From Candidatus Eiseniibacteriota bacterium (GTDB lineage: Bacteria; Eisenbacteria; RBG-16-71-46): a stretch of DNA of 64,000 bases. Numbering within the stretch: the first letter of the stretch is position 1; each line of letters begins with the position of its first letter. The position numbers and the translations under genes were made by a program. Shown here piece after piece: positions 26,729 through 36,600 of the stretch. Location: positions 1-64,000 of the forward strand of contig JBGAOA010000008.1 in assembly GCA_044222065.1 (NCBI GenBank), in the 5' to 3' direction. The notes under the pieces were generated by a model. That model was given only the letters and a program-made list of their open reading frames with translations. It was not told the origin of the DNA and did no database searches.

Positions 26729-29148
26729 CGCTTCACTCCCCGGAACGTCGGCGCGAGCCAGGACACGAGCACGACGGTGAGCGAACTCGCCGGCATGAGC
26801 AACGCGGCGACGATCGGATGGATGAGGCCGGCCATCGCGAGCGCCACGCCGACGGCGTTGTACACGAGCGAGAACACGATGTTCGCTCGAATGACGCCGA
26901 GGGTCCGGCGCGCGCCGTCCACGAGCGTGACGAGCGGGGCGATCCCGGGCTCGGACAGGTACACGTCGGCGGTGGCGGCGCACGCCTCGGCCCCGCCGCG
27001 CACCGCGATGCCGACGGTCGCGCGCGCGAGCGCGGCGGCGTCGTTGAGGCCATCGCCGACCATCGCGACGGGGCCGGCGTCAGCCGCGCGCTCGACCTCG
27101 GCGAGCTTGTCCTCGGGCGTCGCGCCGCCGCGGCACGAGCCCGGCTCGAATCCGAGCGCGGCGCCGACCGAACGCGCCACGGACGGGTCGTCTCCCGAGA
27201 GCATCTCGAGCGCGAAGCCGCGCTCGCGCAGGCGAGCGAGCGCCGCGGCGGAATCGTCGCGCACGGGATCGCCGAAGCCGGCGCGCGCGACGACGCGGCC
27301 GTCCACGGCGACCCACACGGGCGTCCACGTCGCGCCGAACGGCGACTCGAAGCCGCCGCGCGCGCGTGCGCTCACGAACGCGGGAGAGCCGACGACGACG
27401 ACCCGGCCCCCCGCGCGGCCCTCGATGCCGCCTCCGACGAAGTGACGCACGTCGCTCGCGTCGGCCGCGCGCACGTCCGGCCACGCCTCGAGGAATCCGC
27501 GCGCGACCGGATGCGCGGCGTCGCGTTCGAGCGCGAGCACGAGCGGCCGCACGTCGTCCGGTCCCTCCCACGCGGCGAGCGACGTGCGGCCGAGCGTCAG
27601 CGTTCCCGTCTTGTCGAGCACCATGCGCAGCGGCTTCGAAAGCGCCTCGAGGGCGTCGCCGCCCTTGACGAGGATGCCGAGCGAGGCGGCGCGGCCGATC
27701 GCGACCGTGACGGCGAGCGGCGTCGCGAGCGCGAGCGCGCACGGGCACGTGACGATGAGCACGGCGATCGCCGCGTCCACCGAACGCGCGGGATCGCGCA
27801 CGAGCCAGATCGCGGCCGTGAGCGCGGCGAGCGCGAGCACCGCGGCGACGAAGCGGCCCGAGAGCGAGTCCGCGAGCCGCACGACCGGCGCGCGGCGCTG
27901 CGCCCCTTCCTCGACCGCGCGCAGCATGCGTCCGACGCGTGTCTCCTCGCCCGCGACCTCGACGCGCGCGCGCACCGTCGAGGTGCGGTTCACGGCGCCG
28001 GCGAACACCGGCGTCCCCGGGCCCGCGGACTGCGGCCGCGACTCCCCGCTCAGGAACGACAGGTCGAGGTCGGTCTCGCCGGACTCCACGACGCCGTCGG
28101 CCGGGAACGACTCGCCGGGCCGCACCTCGACGAGCATGCCCGGCAGCAGCGCGCCGCTCGGCGTCTCGCGCACCGCGTCGCCCTCGACGACGCGCGACGA
28201 CGAAGGCGCGAAGGCGTGCAGCAGTTCCGCGGAGTCGGCCGCCGCACGCTGCGCGCGCGTCTGCAGGAAGCGTCCGACGAGCAGCAGGAAGACGAGCATC
28301 GAGAGTCCGTCGAAGTAGATCGGTCCCTCCCCGCGCACCGTGTTGACGACGCCCTGGAGCCACCCGGCCCCGAGCGCCAGCGCGATCGGCACGTCCATGT
28401 GCAGCCGGCGCGCGCGCAGCGCGCCGAGGGCGCTGCGGAAGAAGACGCTCCCCGGCCAGATCAGCGCGGGCGTCGCGAGCGCGAAGCTCGACCAGCGCAG
28501 GTAACGCTCGTGTTCGCCCTCGATGCCGCTGAACCAGCCGGCCCACAGGGCGACGGCGACCATCATCGCGTTCGCGGTGATCGCGCCCGCGACGCCGATG
28601 CGCGAGAGCATCGCGCGGTCCTCGTCGCGGCGCATCGCCTCGGCGCGCACGCCGCGGAACGGGTGCGGCCGGTAGCCGATCTCGTCGAGCGCCCGCGCGA
28701 GCGACGACAGCGCGGTCGCCGTCGGATCCCAGCGCACGCGCACGCGCGAGCGCGGCAGCTCGAGTTCGGCCGCGATCGCGCCGTGGGCGAAGCGCGGCAG
28801 GCGCTCGACGAGCCACACGCACGCGGCGCAGTGCACGCCCTCGAGGTACAGATCCACCTCGGAGACGCCGCGCGCGGTGCGCACGTAGCGTTCGTGGAAC
28901 GACGCGTGGTCGAACTCCTCGTAGCTGCGCTCGCGTTCCGCGACGGCCGTGCGGCGGCGCTCGGGCAGCGCGTAGTAGCCCTCGAGCCCGCTCGCGTGGA
29001 GCACGTGCCACGCGGTCTCGCAGCCGTTGCAGCAGAACGACGCGCTCGCGCCCCTCACGCGGTCGGGCGGCACGTCGAGCCCGCAGTGCGTGCACGGCGC
29101 CGCGACGTCGGGCGTGTCGCCCGCGGCGATCGAGTCAGCGATGCTCAC
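26725..29148 (-). CDS. ccoI: P1B-type Cu-transporting ATPase CcoI/FixI
   Basis: N-terminal CTHC...FCCNGC, HMA GVHCAAC, CPCALALATP, DKTGTLT, VGDGLNDA. Confidence 0.93.
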   Translation of the reverse strand: MSIADSIAAGDTPDVAAPCTHCGLDVPPDRVRGASASFCCNGCETAWHVLHASGLEGYYALPERRRTAVAERERSYEEFDHASFHERYVRTARGVSEVDLYLEGVHCAACVWLVERLPRFAHGAIAAELELPRSRVRVRWDPTATALSSLARALDEIGYRPHPFRGVRAEAMRRDEDRAMLSRIGVAGAITANAMMVAVALWAGWFSGIEGEHERYLRWSSFALATPALIWPGSVFFRSALGALRARRLHMDVPIALALGAGWLQGVVNTVRGEGPIYFDGLSMLVFLLLVGRFLQTRAQRAAADSAELLHAFAPSSSRVVEGDAVRETPSGALLPGMLVEVRPGESFPADGVVESGETDLDLSFLSGESRPQSAGPGTPVFAGAVNRTSTVRARVEVAGEETRVGRMLRAVEEGAQRRAPVVRLADSLSGRFVAAVLALAALTAAIWLVRDPARSVDAAIAVLIVTCPCALALATPLAVTVAIGRAASLGILVKGGDALEALSKPLRMVLDKTGTLTLGRTSLAAWEGPDDVRPLVLALERDAAHPVARGFLEAWPDVRAADASDVRHFVGGGIEGRAGGRVVVVGSPAFVSARARGGFESPFGATWTPVWVAVDGRVVARAGFGDPVRDDSAAALARLRERGFALEMLSGDDPSVARSVGAALGFEPGSCRGGATPEDKLAEVERAADAGPVAMVGDGLNDAAALARATVGIAVRGGAEACAATADVYLSEPGIAPLVTLVDGARRTLGVIRANIVFSLVYNAVGVALAMAGLIHPIVAALLMPASSLTVVLVSWLAPTFRGVKR

Positions 29149-29869
29149 CGGGGAAGCACTTCTCGCACGCCGCGCCGGGCACGAGCGGAATGGGGCGGAA
29201 CTTGCCCGCGATCGTCAGCAGCCCGATCACGATGAGCGCGGAGCCGGCGAGGATCGGGAGCCGTCGCGAGAGCGGCGCGATCGCGCGCTGCGCGAGCCAG
29301 CCGAGACCGGTCAGGACCGGCAGCGTCCCGGCCCAGAACGCGGTCATCGCGAGCGCGCCGAGGAGCGGATGGCCGGTCGAGGCGGCCGCCGCGACGAACG
29401 CCCAGAGGAAGCCGCACGGCAGCAGCCCCGAAGCGAGTCCGATCGTGAGCGAGCGCACCTCGGGTGACTGCGCGCGCACGAGCCGGAGCAGCGCGACGAT
29501 CGCACGCCCGCGCGCCGGAACCGCAGGAGGCGTCGGCGGCACGGCGTTCGCCGGCGCGCCCCACGGCGCGAATCCGAGCGCGCGCGCGAGCTGCGCTCCG
29601 CCCCACAGCACCATGACCGCGCCCGCGACGATCGCGGCGCCGTGCGCGACCCCGGCGAGTTCGCCCGCCCGCTGCAGCCCGAGTCCGAAGGTCCCCGCGA
29701 GCGCACCGAGCGCGGCGTACGCCGCGAGCCGCCCGCCGTGATAGGCGAGCTGCGGAGCGAGGCGACGGTCCTGGCCGGCGACGAAGCACACGAATCCGCC
29801 GCACATGCCCGCGCAGTGCGGGCTGCCGACGAGGCTCGCGCCGAGCACCGAGAGCACGAGCGCGATCAC
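29135..29869 (-). CDS. DsbD_2 / TauE-like membrane protein of cco clusters
   Basis: GSPHCAGMCGG, YHGGRL, GLLPCG, FWAGTLP. Confidence 0.88.
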   Translation of the reverse strand: MIALVLSVLGASLVGSPHCAGMCGGFVCFVAGQDRRLAPQLAYHGGRLAAYAALGALAGTFGLGLQRAGELAGVAHGAAIVAGAVMVLWGGAQLARALGFAPWGAPANAVPPTPPAVPARGRAIVALLRLVRAQSPEVRSLTIGLASGLLPCGFLWAFVAAAASTGHPLLGALAMTAFWAGTLPVLTGLGWLAQRAIAPLSRRLPILAGSALIVIGLLTIAGKFRPIPLVPGAACEKCFPGEHR

Positions 29870-30348
29870 CGCGCGGGCGCTCCCGTGTCGCGCCGGAGCG
29901 ACGCGACGAAGTGGTCGGCCCCGCGCTCCGCGTCCACGCGCAGCTCCCAGAGCCCCGCGCGATGGAACGGCAGCGCCGCGGCGTAGACGCCGGGGCGCAC
30001 CTCGGGAAGAGCACCCGTCACCGGTCGGCTCGCCTCGAGGTTGTGGATCGCCTCGAGCCGCACGTGTGCGCCCGTGAGCGGCGCGCCCGCACGGTCGGCG
30101 AGCGCGATCTCGACGCGCGCGGCGCCGCCCTCGGGCGCTCCGATCCCCGCGACGGCCGACCAGCCGAGCGCCGCACTGCGCGATTCGATCGCGCGGGTCG
30201 AGTCCCAGGCCACGGCCTTGCGGTAGTAGTCGGGCTCGACGACCGACGCATCGCGTTCGTTCGCGGCCCAGATCAGGAATGCGTTCGCGGCCACGGTCAG
30301 CGCGAGCACCGTGACGATCGCGATCGGCCACAGCCGCGCGCCGTTCAT
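29866..30348 (-). CDS. ccoH: FixH/CcoH family protein
   Basis: WPIAIV single TM, VVEPDYYRKAVAWD, GLWELR; position within the cco cluster. Confidence 0.8.
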   Translation of the reverse strand: MNGARLWPIAIVTVLALTVAANAFLIWAANERDASVVEPDYYRKAVAWDSTRAIESRSAALGWSAVAGIGAPEGGAARVEIALADRAGAPLTGAHVRLEAIHNLEASRPVTGALPEVRPGVYAAALPFHRAGLWELRVDAERGADHFVASLRRDTGAPAR

Positions 30349-31769
30349 TTCGACGCGCCTCCCGTCGGCGCCGCCGGCGCGGCGTCCTCGGGACCCACGA
30401 GCCGGTACGGCCGGCGCACGGAGAGGCGCTCGCCGTCCTGGACGATGAACTCCACGTCGAGCATGCCCGAGCGGAACGACCCGCGCGGCGCGAGCACGAA
30501 CACGGTGGCCGTCTCCCACTTGCCCGAACGCACGGGGAGCGGATTGATCGGCGCGACGAGCTGCGCGCCGGGAGCGCCCTCGAGCGCGATGCCGTAGCGG
30601 CGGTCGGCGCCGAAGTTGCGCACCTTGATGCGGATCGTGTTCAGCACGCGGCCGTCCGCCTGCACGACGAACGGCTCTCCGCCGCCGCGCAGCACGGTCA
30701 CGTCGGTGTCCGAACGCGACGCGAGCGCCCAGCTGAAGAGACCCAGCGTGGCCACCAGCACGAGCGGGTACGCGACGACGCGCATGCGGAAGCGGCGCTT
30801 CGCCGCGCCTTCGAATCCGTTGCGCGAGCCGTAGCGGATCAGCCCGGGCGCCTTGCCGACGTTCGCCATCACGCGATCGCAGGCGTCCATGCACTGCGTG
30901 CAGTGCACGCACTCCATCTGCAGGCCCTCGCGGATGTCGATGCCCGTCGGGCACGTGAGCACGCACAGTCCGCAGTCCACGCAGTCGCCCGCGCCTTCCG
31001 GGCGCGGGCGCGCGCCCTTCGCGCGCGGCTCCCCGCGGCGCCCGTCGTAGCCGACGATCAGCGAGCCCTTGTCGAGCAGCGCCGACTGGATGCGGCCGTA
31101 GGGGCAGGCGACGAGGCAGGTCTGCTCGCGGAAGTACGCGAAGTCGAAGAAGATCAGCCCGGTCGTGAACATCACGATGAAGAACGACGTCCAGTGCTGC
31201 GCCGGCGGGCCCTGCATCCAGGTCCAGAGGCGCGCCGGAGGCACGAAGTACGCGAGGAACGTGTGCGCGAGGAACAGCGCGAGCACCAGGTAGAACGCGT
31301 TCTTCGCGACCCGCCGGCCCGAGAATCCGCCCTGGCGATCGAGGCGCTTGGAGCCGCGATCGCCGCCCTCGAACAGCCGCTCGACCGGGCGGAACAGGAA
31401 CTCCATGTACACGGTCTGCGGGCACGCCCAGCCGCACCACACGCGTCCGAACAGCGCCGTCGCGAGGAAGATGCCGATCAGGATGCTCACGAGCAGCAGC
31501 ATGAAGAGCAGCGTGTCCGTCGAGTAGAACGTCGTGCCGAGCAGCGAGAACTCGCGCCGCGGAAGGTCGATCAGGAGCACCGGGCGCCCGCCGATCGAGA
31601 GGTACGGCACGATGAAGAACACGAGCATCAGCACGTAGGCCGTGATGCGCCGCCGCTTCCACCAGCGGCCGGCGGACGGCTTGGGCCGGATCCAGCGGCG
31701 CGAGCCGTCCACATTGAGCGTGGACAGCACGCGTTCCTGGGCCTGGATCGGTGCCGGGCGGGTCGCCAT
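30345..31769 (-). CDS. ccoG: cbb3 oxidase accessory 4Fe-4S protein CcoG/FixG
   Basis: GRVWCGWACPQTVY, REQTCLVACPYGR, CVDCGLCVLTCPTGIDIR, ECVHCTQCMDAC. Confidence 0.95.
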   Translation of the reverse strand: MATRPAPIQAQERVLSTLNVDGSRRWIRPKPSAGRWWKRRRITAYVLMLVFFIVPYLSIGGRPVLLIDLPRREFSLLGTTFYSTDTLLFMLLLVSILIGIFLATALFGRVWCGWACPQTVYMEFLFRPVERLFEGGDRGSKRLDRQGGFSGRRVAKNAFYLVLALFLAHTFLAYFVPPARLWTWMQGPPAQHWTSFFIVMFTTGLIFFDFAYFREQTCLVACPYGRIQSALLDKGSLIVGYDGRRGEPRAKGARPRPEGAGDCVDCGLCVLTCPTGIDIREGLQMECVHCTQCMDACDRVMANVGKAPGLIRYGSRNGFEGAAKRRFRMRVVAYPLVLVATLGLFSWALASRSDTDVTVLRGGGEPFVVQADGRVLNTIRIKVRNFGADRRYGIALEGAPGAQLVAPINPLPVRSGKWETATVFVLAPRGSFRSGMLDVEFIVQDGERLSVRRPYRLVGPEDAAPAAPTGGASK

Positions 31770-31956
31770 TCGATTCCTTCTCCCTGCCGGTCCCTGCCGG
31801 CGTGACCACGAACCTGCGGCGCGGGCGAGAATCGCCCCGCGACTTCACGGGGCGACTCCCGCCCGAGCGCCGACGACGCGACCGGACGCGAAGCCGCCCC
31901 CTCACCGCGTCGCCGCCTCGCGGGGCGGCGATCGGCCCGCGGTTCGTCTGGCCGAG

Positions 31957-32565
31957 CTAGTGCTCGGACTTTTCGGGCGCGGCGGCCTCCTCGGTCTCCT
32001 CCAGTTTGTTCCCCTGCGGCTCCTTGGGATTCGCGGGGTGCGTTCCGCGCACGGTCAGCACGTAGGCCGCGACTTCGTTCACGGTCTCCGGCTTGAGCGA
32101 TTGCCCCCAGGCCGGCATGCCCTTGTCGAGCACGCCGTTCGTGATCGTGTTCAGGATCTCGAGCGGTTTGCCGCCGTGGATCCAGTACTCGTCGGTGAGA
32201 TTCGGCCCGATGTTGCCGCCCGCGTCCTCACGGTGACACGGCGCGCACGTCGAGACGAACGTCTGCTTGCCGGCCGCCATCTTCGCGGCATCCGACACGA
32301 GCGCCAGCAGCGCCTCTTCGGTCATCGCGGGAGCCGCGGGCGCCGCCGCGGCGTACTTCTGCTGCGCTTCGGCCATGTCGCGCTCGTAGTTCGCGATCCG
32401 GCCCTTGCCGATGCCGATGCCGGGAACGTTGAACCAGTAGAGCACCGACCAGAGGATCGTGGCCCAGAAGATCAGCACCCACCAGCGCGGAAGCGGGTTG
32501 TCGTACTCCTGGATGCCGTCGCTGTCGTGCTCGATCAGGCGATCCTGCTTCTTGTCCTCGTTCAT
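31957..32565 (-). CDS. ccoP: cbb3 oxidase subunit III (monohaem)
   Basis: HDSDGIQEYDNPLPRWW, single CAPCH, GPNLTDEYWIHGG, GMPAW. Confidence 0.92.
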   Translation of the reverse strand: MNEDKKQDRLIEHDSDGIQEYDNPLPRWWVLIFWATILWSVLYWFNVPGIGIGKGRIANYERDMAEAQQKYAAAAPAAPAMTEEALLALVSDAAKMAAGKQTFVSTCAPCHREDAGGNIGPNLTDEYWIHGGKPLEILNTITNGVLDKGMPAWGQSLKPETVNEVAAYVLTVRGTHPANPKEPQGNKLEETEEAAAPEKSEH

Positions 32566-32759
32566 CGCTGCGCCCCCGTGCGCGAAAGCTCACGCGGATC
32601 GTCCTCGAGCGGGAGCCGGCTCGCGCGCTCCATCTCCCGCCGGTTCGAGAACACCGTCACTCGCAGCATCACCGCCACGAACGCGACCAGGAACAGGATC
32701 ATCGCGATCTCGGCGTAGCCGGACAGACCGGCGTGGCCCATGACGTCGGAGAGCTTCAC
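32562..32759 (-). CDS. ccoQ: cbb3 oxidase small subunit CcoQ
   Basis: 65 aa, one TM, ASRLPLEDD motif; lies between ccoNO and ccoP. Confidence 0.8.
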   Translation of the reverse strand: MKLSDVMGHAGLSGYAEIAMILFLVAFVAVMLRVTVFSNRREMERASRLPLEDDPRELSRTGAQR

Positions 32760-32760
32760 G

Positions 32761-34950
32761 TCAGCGCCCTCCCGTCGCGAGGCCCGCGGCCGAGGGCACG
32801 ACCGCCGCCGCCGGCGCGCTCTCGGCCTTGATGTCCTTGCCCAGCCGCTGCAGGTACGCGACGAGCGCGACGATCTCCTTGTCGCCGAGATCCGCGGGGC
32901 CGCCGGAGGCGGCGATCTGGGCGCCGAGTTCCTGAGCCTGCGCCTTCGCGAGGCCCGGGGCGTCCTTCACGGCGTCGCCGTACGGCACGCCGAGCATCGC
33001 CATCGCATCCACGCGCTTCTGGATCGAGGCGAAGTCGAGCGGATTCCTCAGCATCTCCGGATACGCCGGCATGATCGAGCGCGGCGTGATCGCGCGTGGA
33101 TTCTCCATGTGCCGCACGTGCCACAGGTCGGGGTACTTGCCGCCTTCGCGCGCGAGGTCCGGTCCGATGCGGCGCGAGCCCCACAGGAACGGGTGGTCGT
33201 ACACGAACTCGCCCGGCTTCGAGTACTCGCCGTAGCGCTCGGTCTCGTAGCGGAGCGGCCGGACCATCTGCGAGTGGCAGTTGAAGCAGCCTTCGCGGAT
33301 GTACAGGTCGCGGCCGGCGAGTTCGAGCGGCGTGTAGGGATGCACGGATGCGATCGTCGGCACGTTCGAGCGGATGAGGAACGTGGGCAGGATCTCGAAC
33401 AGCGACGCCACGATGACCGCCAGCGCCGTGAGCACCGTGAACACGGCGGGCATCGCCTCCCAGCGGCGGTGGAAGCCGACGCTCGCGAGGCCCGGTTCGA
33501 CGTGGATCGCCGCGCCGCGCTCGAGCGGCGCCGCCTGGACGACCGGCTCCTCGTAGGTCTTCGGGCGCCGCGACCAGGTCATGAGGATGTTGTAGCCGAA
33601 CATTCCCATGCCGATCAGGTACAGCGTGCCGCCGACGGCGCGCATCCAGTACATCGGCATGAGGCGGACGGTCGTCTCGATGAAGTCCGGGAACTGCAGC
33701 CGGCCGGTCTCGTCGAACGCGCGCCACATGAGGCCCTGCGTGAGGCCGGCGCTGTAGATCGCGGACGCATAGAAGATGATGCCGAACGTCGCGAACCAGA
33801 AGTGCACCTCGGCGAGGCGCTTCGAATAGAGAGGCGTCTGGAACAGCCGCGGCAGCAGCCAGTAGACCATGCCGAACGTGAGCAGTCCGTTCCAGCCGAG
33901 GGCGCCCGTGTGCACGTGCGCGATGATCCAATCCGTGTAGTGCGCGAGCGCGTTCACCGCCTTCACGCTCATCATCGGACCTTCGAACGTGGACATGCCG
34001 TACGCCGTCACCGCCACGACGAAGAACTTGAGCACCGGGTCGTCCACGACCTTGTTCCACGCGCCGCGGAGCGTCAGCAGGCCATTGACCATGCCGCCCC
34101 ACGACGGCATCCACAGCATGACGCTGAAGATCATGCCGAGCGTCGAGGCCCACTCCGGCAGCGCCGTGTAGTGCAGGTGGTGCGGACCGGCCCAGATGTA
34201 GAGGAACACGAGGGTCCAGAAGTGCAGGATCGAGAGCCGGTACGAGAACACCGGACGATCGGCCGCCTTCGGCATGAAGTAGTACATGAGGCCGAGGAAC
34301 GGGGTCGTGAGGAAGAACGCGACCGCGTTGTGGCCGTACCACCACTGCATGAACGCGTCCTGGACGCCGGCGTAGATCGAGTAGCTCTTGAACGGGAACA
34401 CCGGCAGCGACAGGTTGTTGAAGATGTGCAGGATCGCGACGGTCACGATGCTGGCGATGTAGAACCAGATCGCCACGTAGATGTGGCGCTCGCGCCGGCG
34501 GGCCACCGTGCCGAAGAAGTTCACTGCGAAGACGACCCACACGACGGCGATCGCGATGTCGATCGGCCATTCCAGCTCGGCGTATTCCTTCGCCTGCGTG
34601 AAGCCGAGCGGAAGCGTGAGCGCGGCGCTCACGATGATCGCCTGCCAGCCCCAGAAGTGGATCCGCGAGAGCAGGTCCGAGAACATGCGGGTCTTGAGCA
34701 GGCGCTGCGTCGAGTAGTAGGCGCCGCAGAAGATCGCGTTGCCCGCGAACGCGAAGATGACGGCGTTCGTGTGCAGCGGGCGGATGCGGCCGAAGTTCAG
34801 CCACGGTCCGAAGTTCAGGGACGGCACCGCGAGCTGGAGCGCCGCGATCAGGCCGACGAGCATCCCCACGAACCCCCAGATGAAGGTGGCCCAGAGGAAC
34901 TTGCGGACGATGTCGTCGTCGTACTTGAAGGAGTCGAGCCTCGTGTTCAT
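32761..34950 (-). CDS. ccoN: Fused cbb3 oxidase subunits I and II (CcoNO)
   Basis: FGRIRPLHTNAVIFAF, QWWYGHNAVAF, WAGPHHLHY, AHVHTGALGW, followed in frame by CcoO motifs REGCFNCHSQMVRP, WGSRRIGPDL. Confidence 0.96.
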   Translation of the reverse strand: MNTRLDSFKYDDDIVRKFLWATFIWGFVGMLVGLIAALQLAVPSLNFGPWLNFGRIRPLHTNAVIFAFAGNAIFCGAYYSTQRLLKTRMFSDLLSRIHFWGWQAIIVSAALTLPLGFTQAKEYAELEWPIDIAIAVVWVVFAVNFFGTVARRRERHIYVAIWFYIASIVTVAILHIFNNLSLPVFPFKSYSIYAGVQDAFMQWWYGHNAVAFFLTTPFLGLMYYFMPKAADRPVFSYRLSILHFWTLVFLYIWAGPHHLHYTALPEWASTLGMIFSVMLWMPSWGGMVNGLLTLRGAWNKVVDDPVLKFFVVAVTAYGMSTFEGPMMSVKAVNALAHYTDWIIAHVHTGALGWNGLLTFGMVYWLLPRLFQTPLYSKRLAEVHFWFATFGIIFYASAIYSAGLTQGLMWRAFDETGRLQFPDFIETTVRLMPMYWMRAVGGTLYLIGMGMFGYNILMTWSRRPKTYEEPVVQAAPLERGAAIHVEPGLASVGFHRRWEAMPAVFTVLTALAVIVASLFEILPTFLIRSNVPTIASVHPYTPLELAGRDLYIREGCFNCHSQMVRPLRYETERYGEYSKPGEFVYDHPFLWGSRRIGPDLAREGGKYPDLWHVRHMENPRAITPRSIMPAYPEMLRNPLDFASIQKRVDAMAMLGVPYGDAVKDAPGLAKAQAQELGAQIAASGGPADLGDKEIVALVAYLQRLGKDIKAESAPAAAVVPSAAGLATGGR

Positions 34951-34998
34951 CGCACCTCCCGGGCGAATCGGAATCACTGCTTCGGCGCCAGCCGGGCA

Positions 34999-35034
34999 AC
35001 AAAAAAACGGAGAGAGAACCTCGTGCTCCTCTCC
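34999..35034 (-). terminator. Hairpin plus T7 tract in the ccoN leader
   Basis: Minus strand GGAGAGGAGC-ACGAG-GTTCTCTCTCC-G-TTTTTTT, about 50 nt upstream of the ccoN ATG. Confidence 0.5.
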
Positions 35035-35051
35035 TGACAGCCCCGCGCAGG

Positions 35052-35067
35052 GCAACCGGCGGGCCAG
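35052..35067 (-). promoter_or_regulatory. Putative sigma54 (-24/-12) promoter of the cco operon
   Basis: CTGGCCCGCCGGTTGC versus consensus YTGGCACGNNNNTTGC: exact GG-N10-GC spacing, one mismatch. Confidence 0.55.
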
Positions 35068-35252
35068 CATCGAGTTGCCGCCGTTCGGAAGCCTCCGGAG
35101 GTCACAAGTGGTCGTTTGACAGTCTTTTGACTCCGGCGACTCGTGTGAGCCGCGAAGACGTCGTCCTCTACTCTCCTGGCGGGTCGCCTGCCAACCCGAC
35201 AGAGGTCTGACGGTGTGGCGGGCGCCGGAATCCTCGGGGCTCCGATGCGCGA

Positions 35253-36524
35253 CTAGCGGCGGCTCACTTCCGCGGCGCGCGCGGCGCCGACCGAGACGGT
35301 CCGGATCGGAACGCCGACCTCGCGCTCGATCCACTCGAGGTACTCCGTCGCCGGACGCGGCAGATCGCTCCAGCGCCGGGCGGACGTCGTGTCGTGGCGC
35401 CAGCCCGGAAAGGTCCGGAACACGGGCCGGCAGCGTGCGAGACGTGACGCGTCGTTCGGGTAGGTGTCGACACGCGCCCCGTCGCACTCGTACGCGACCG
35501 CCGCGCGAATCTCCTCGAAGCGATCGAGGACATCGAGCTTCGTCACGATCAGCGCATCGAGTCCGTTCACGCGCGCCGCGTAGCGCAGCGCCGGCAGGTC
35601 CAGCCATCCGCACCGACGCGGCCGCCCGGTCGTCGCCCCGTACTCCTCGCCCGCCTCGCGCAACCGCGCCGCTTCCTCCTCGGGCATCTCGGTCGGGAAC
35701 GGGCCGTTGCCGACGCGCGTCGCGTAGGCCTTCGTCACGCCGAGGACCCGGTCCACGGCGCGCGGGCCGAGCCCGACGCCGAGCGTCGCGCCCGAAGCGC
35801 TCGCGGGCGACGACGTGACGAACGGATAGGTGCCGTGGTCGAGGTCGAGCAGAGTGCCCTGCGCCCCTTCGAGCAAAACGCGCCGTCCGTCGGCGAGCGC
35901 GCGATGGAGCGCCTCGGAGACGTCGCAGACGAGCGGCTCCAGGAGCGCGACGCACGGCGCGAGTTCCGCGAGGAGCGCGGCGCCGTTCATGTCGCGCAGC
36001 GACTCGACCTCGGGGTATTCGAGGCGCAGTCGCTCGAGCCGGCGGTCCACGCGCTCGGCGAACGTGTCGGGCTCGAGCAGGTCCGCGACGCGCACGCCGC
36101 TGCGCGCGGCCTTGTCGCGATACGCGAAGCCGATGCCGCGGCCCGTCGTGCCGATCGCGGAGGGGCCCTGCTCGGCGAGCGCCTCGACCGCGCGGTGGTA
36201 CGGCAGGATGAGGTGCGCCGCGGCGCTCACGCCGAGCCGCGCGCGCACGTCCACCCCGAGCGACTCGACCCGCGACACCTCGTCGAGAAGGCTCTTCGGA
36301 TCCACGACGACGCCGTTGCCGATGTAGCAGCGCGTGTGGCGCTCGAGGATGCCGGACGGCACGAGGTGCAGCACGAGCGTGCGCCCCTCGTGGATCACGC
36401 TGTGCCCGGCGTTCGGTCCGCCCTGGTAGCGCGCGACGACGTCGGCGTCGGCGCTCAGCGCGTCGACGATCTTGCCCTTGCCTTCATCGCCCCACTGGGC
36501 GCCGACGACGACGGTGCACGGCAC
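35253..36524 (-). CDS. purA: Adenylosuccinate synthetase
   Basis: GAQWGDEGKGK, GGPNAGH, IGTTGRGIG, EGAQG, GTYPFVTSS, EYGATTGRPRRCGWLD. Confidence 0.97.
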   Translation of the reverse strand: MPCTVVVGAQWGDEGKGKIVDALSADADVVARYQGGPNAGHSVIHEGRTLVLHLVPSGILERHTRCYIGNGVVVDPKSLLDEVSRVESLGVDVRARLGVSAAAHLILPYHRAVEALAEQGPSAIGTTGRGIGFAYRDKAARSGVRVADLLEPDTFAERVDRRLERLRLEYPEVESLRDMNGAALLAELAPCVALLEPLVCDVSEALHRALADGRRVLLEGAQGTLLDLDHGTYPFVTSSPASASGATLGVGLGPRAVDRVLGVTKAYATRVGNGPFPTEMPEEEAARLREAGEEYGATTGRPRRCGWLDLPALRYAARVNGLDALIVTKLDVLDRFEEIRAAVAYECDGARVDTYPNDASRLARCRPVFRTFPGWRHDTTSARRWSDLPRPATEYLEWIEREVGVPIRTVSVGAARAAEVSRR

Positions 36525-36600
36525 GCTCGATCCTCCCCGGAAAAGAGCCGCGGCACGCTAGCAAAGGGGTCCGCACCCGGCAAGGACCGCGAGCGGCGCG

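Noticed and set aside
26325..35000. cco cluster as a genomic island at tRNA-Lys
   Set aside because: It lies on the 5' side of the tRNA; no integrase, no duplicated tRNA 3' end and no obvious compositional shift seen.
35116..35121. Perfect TTGACA on the plus strand
   Set aside because: No matching -10 and it points antisense to the neighbouring genes; better explained as part of the GTCAAA repeat.
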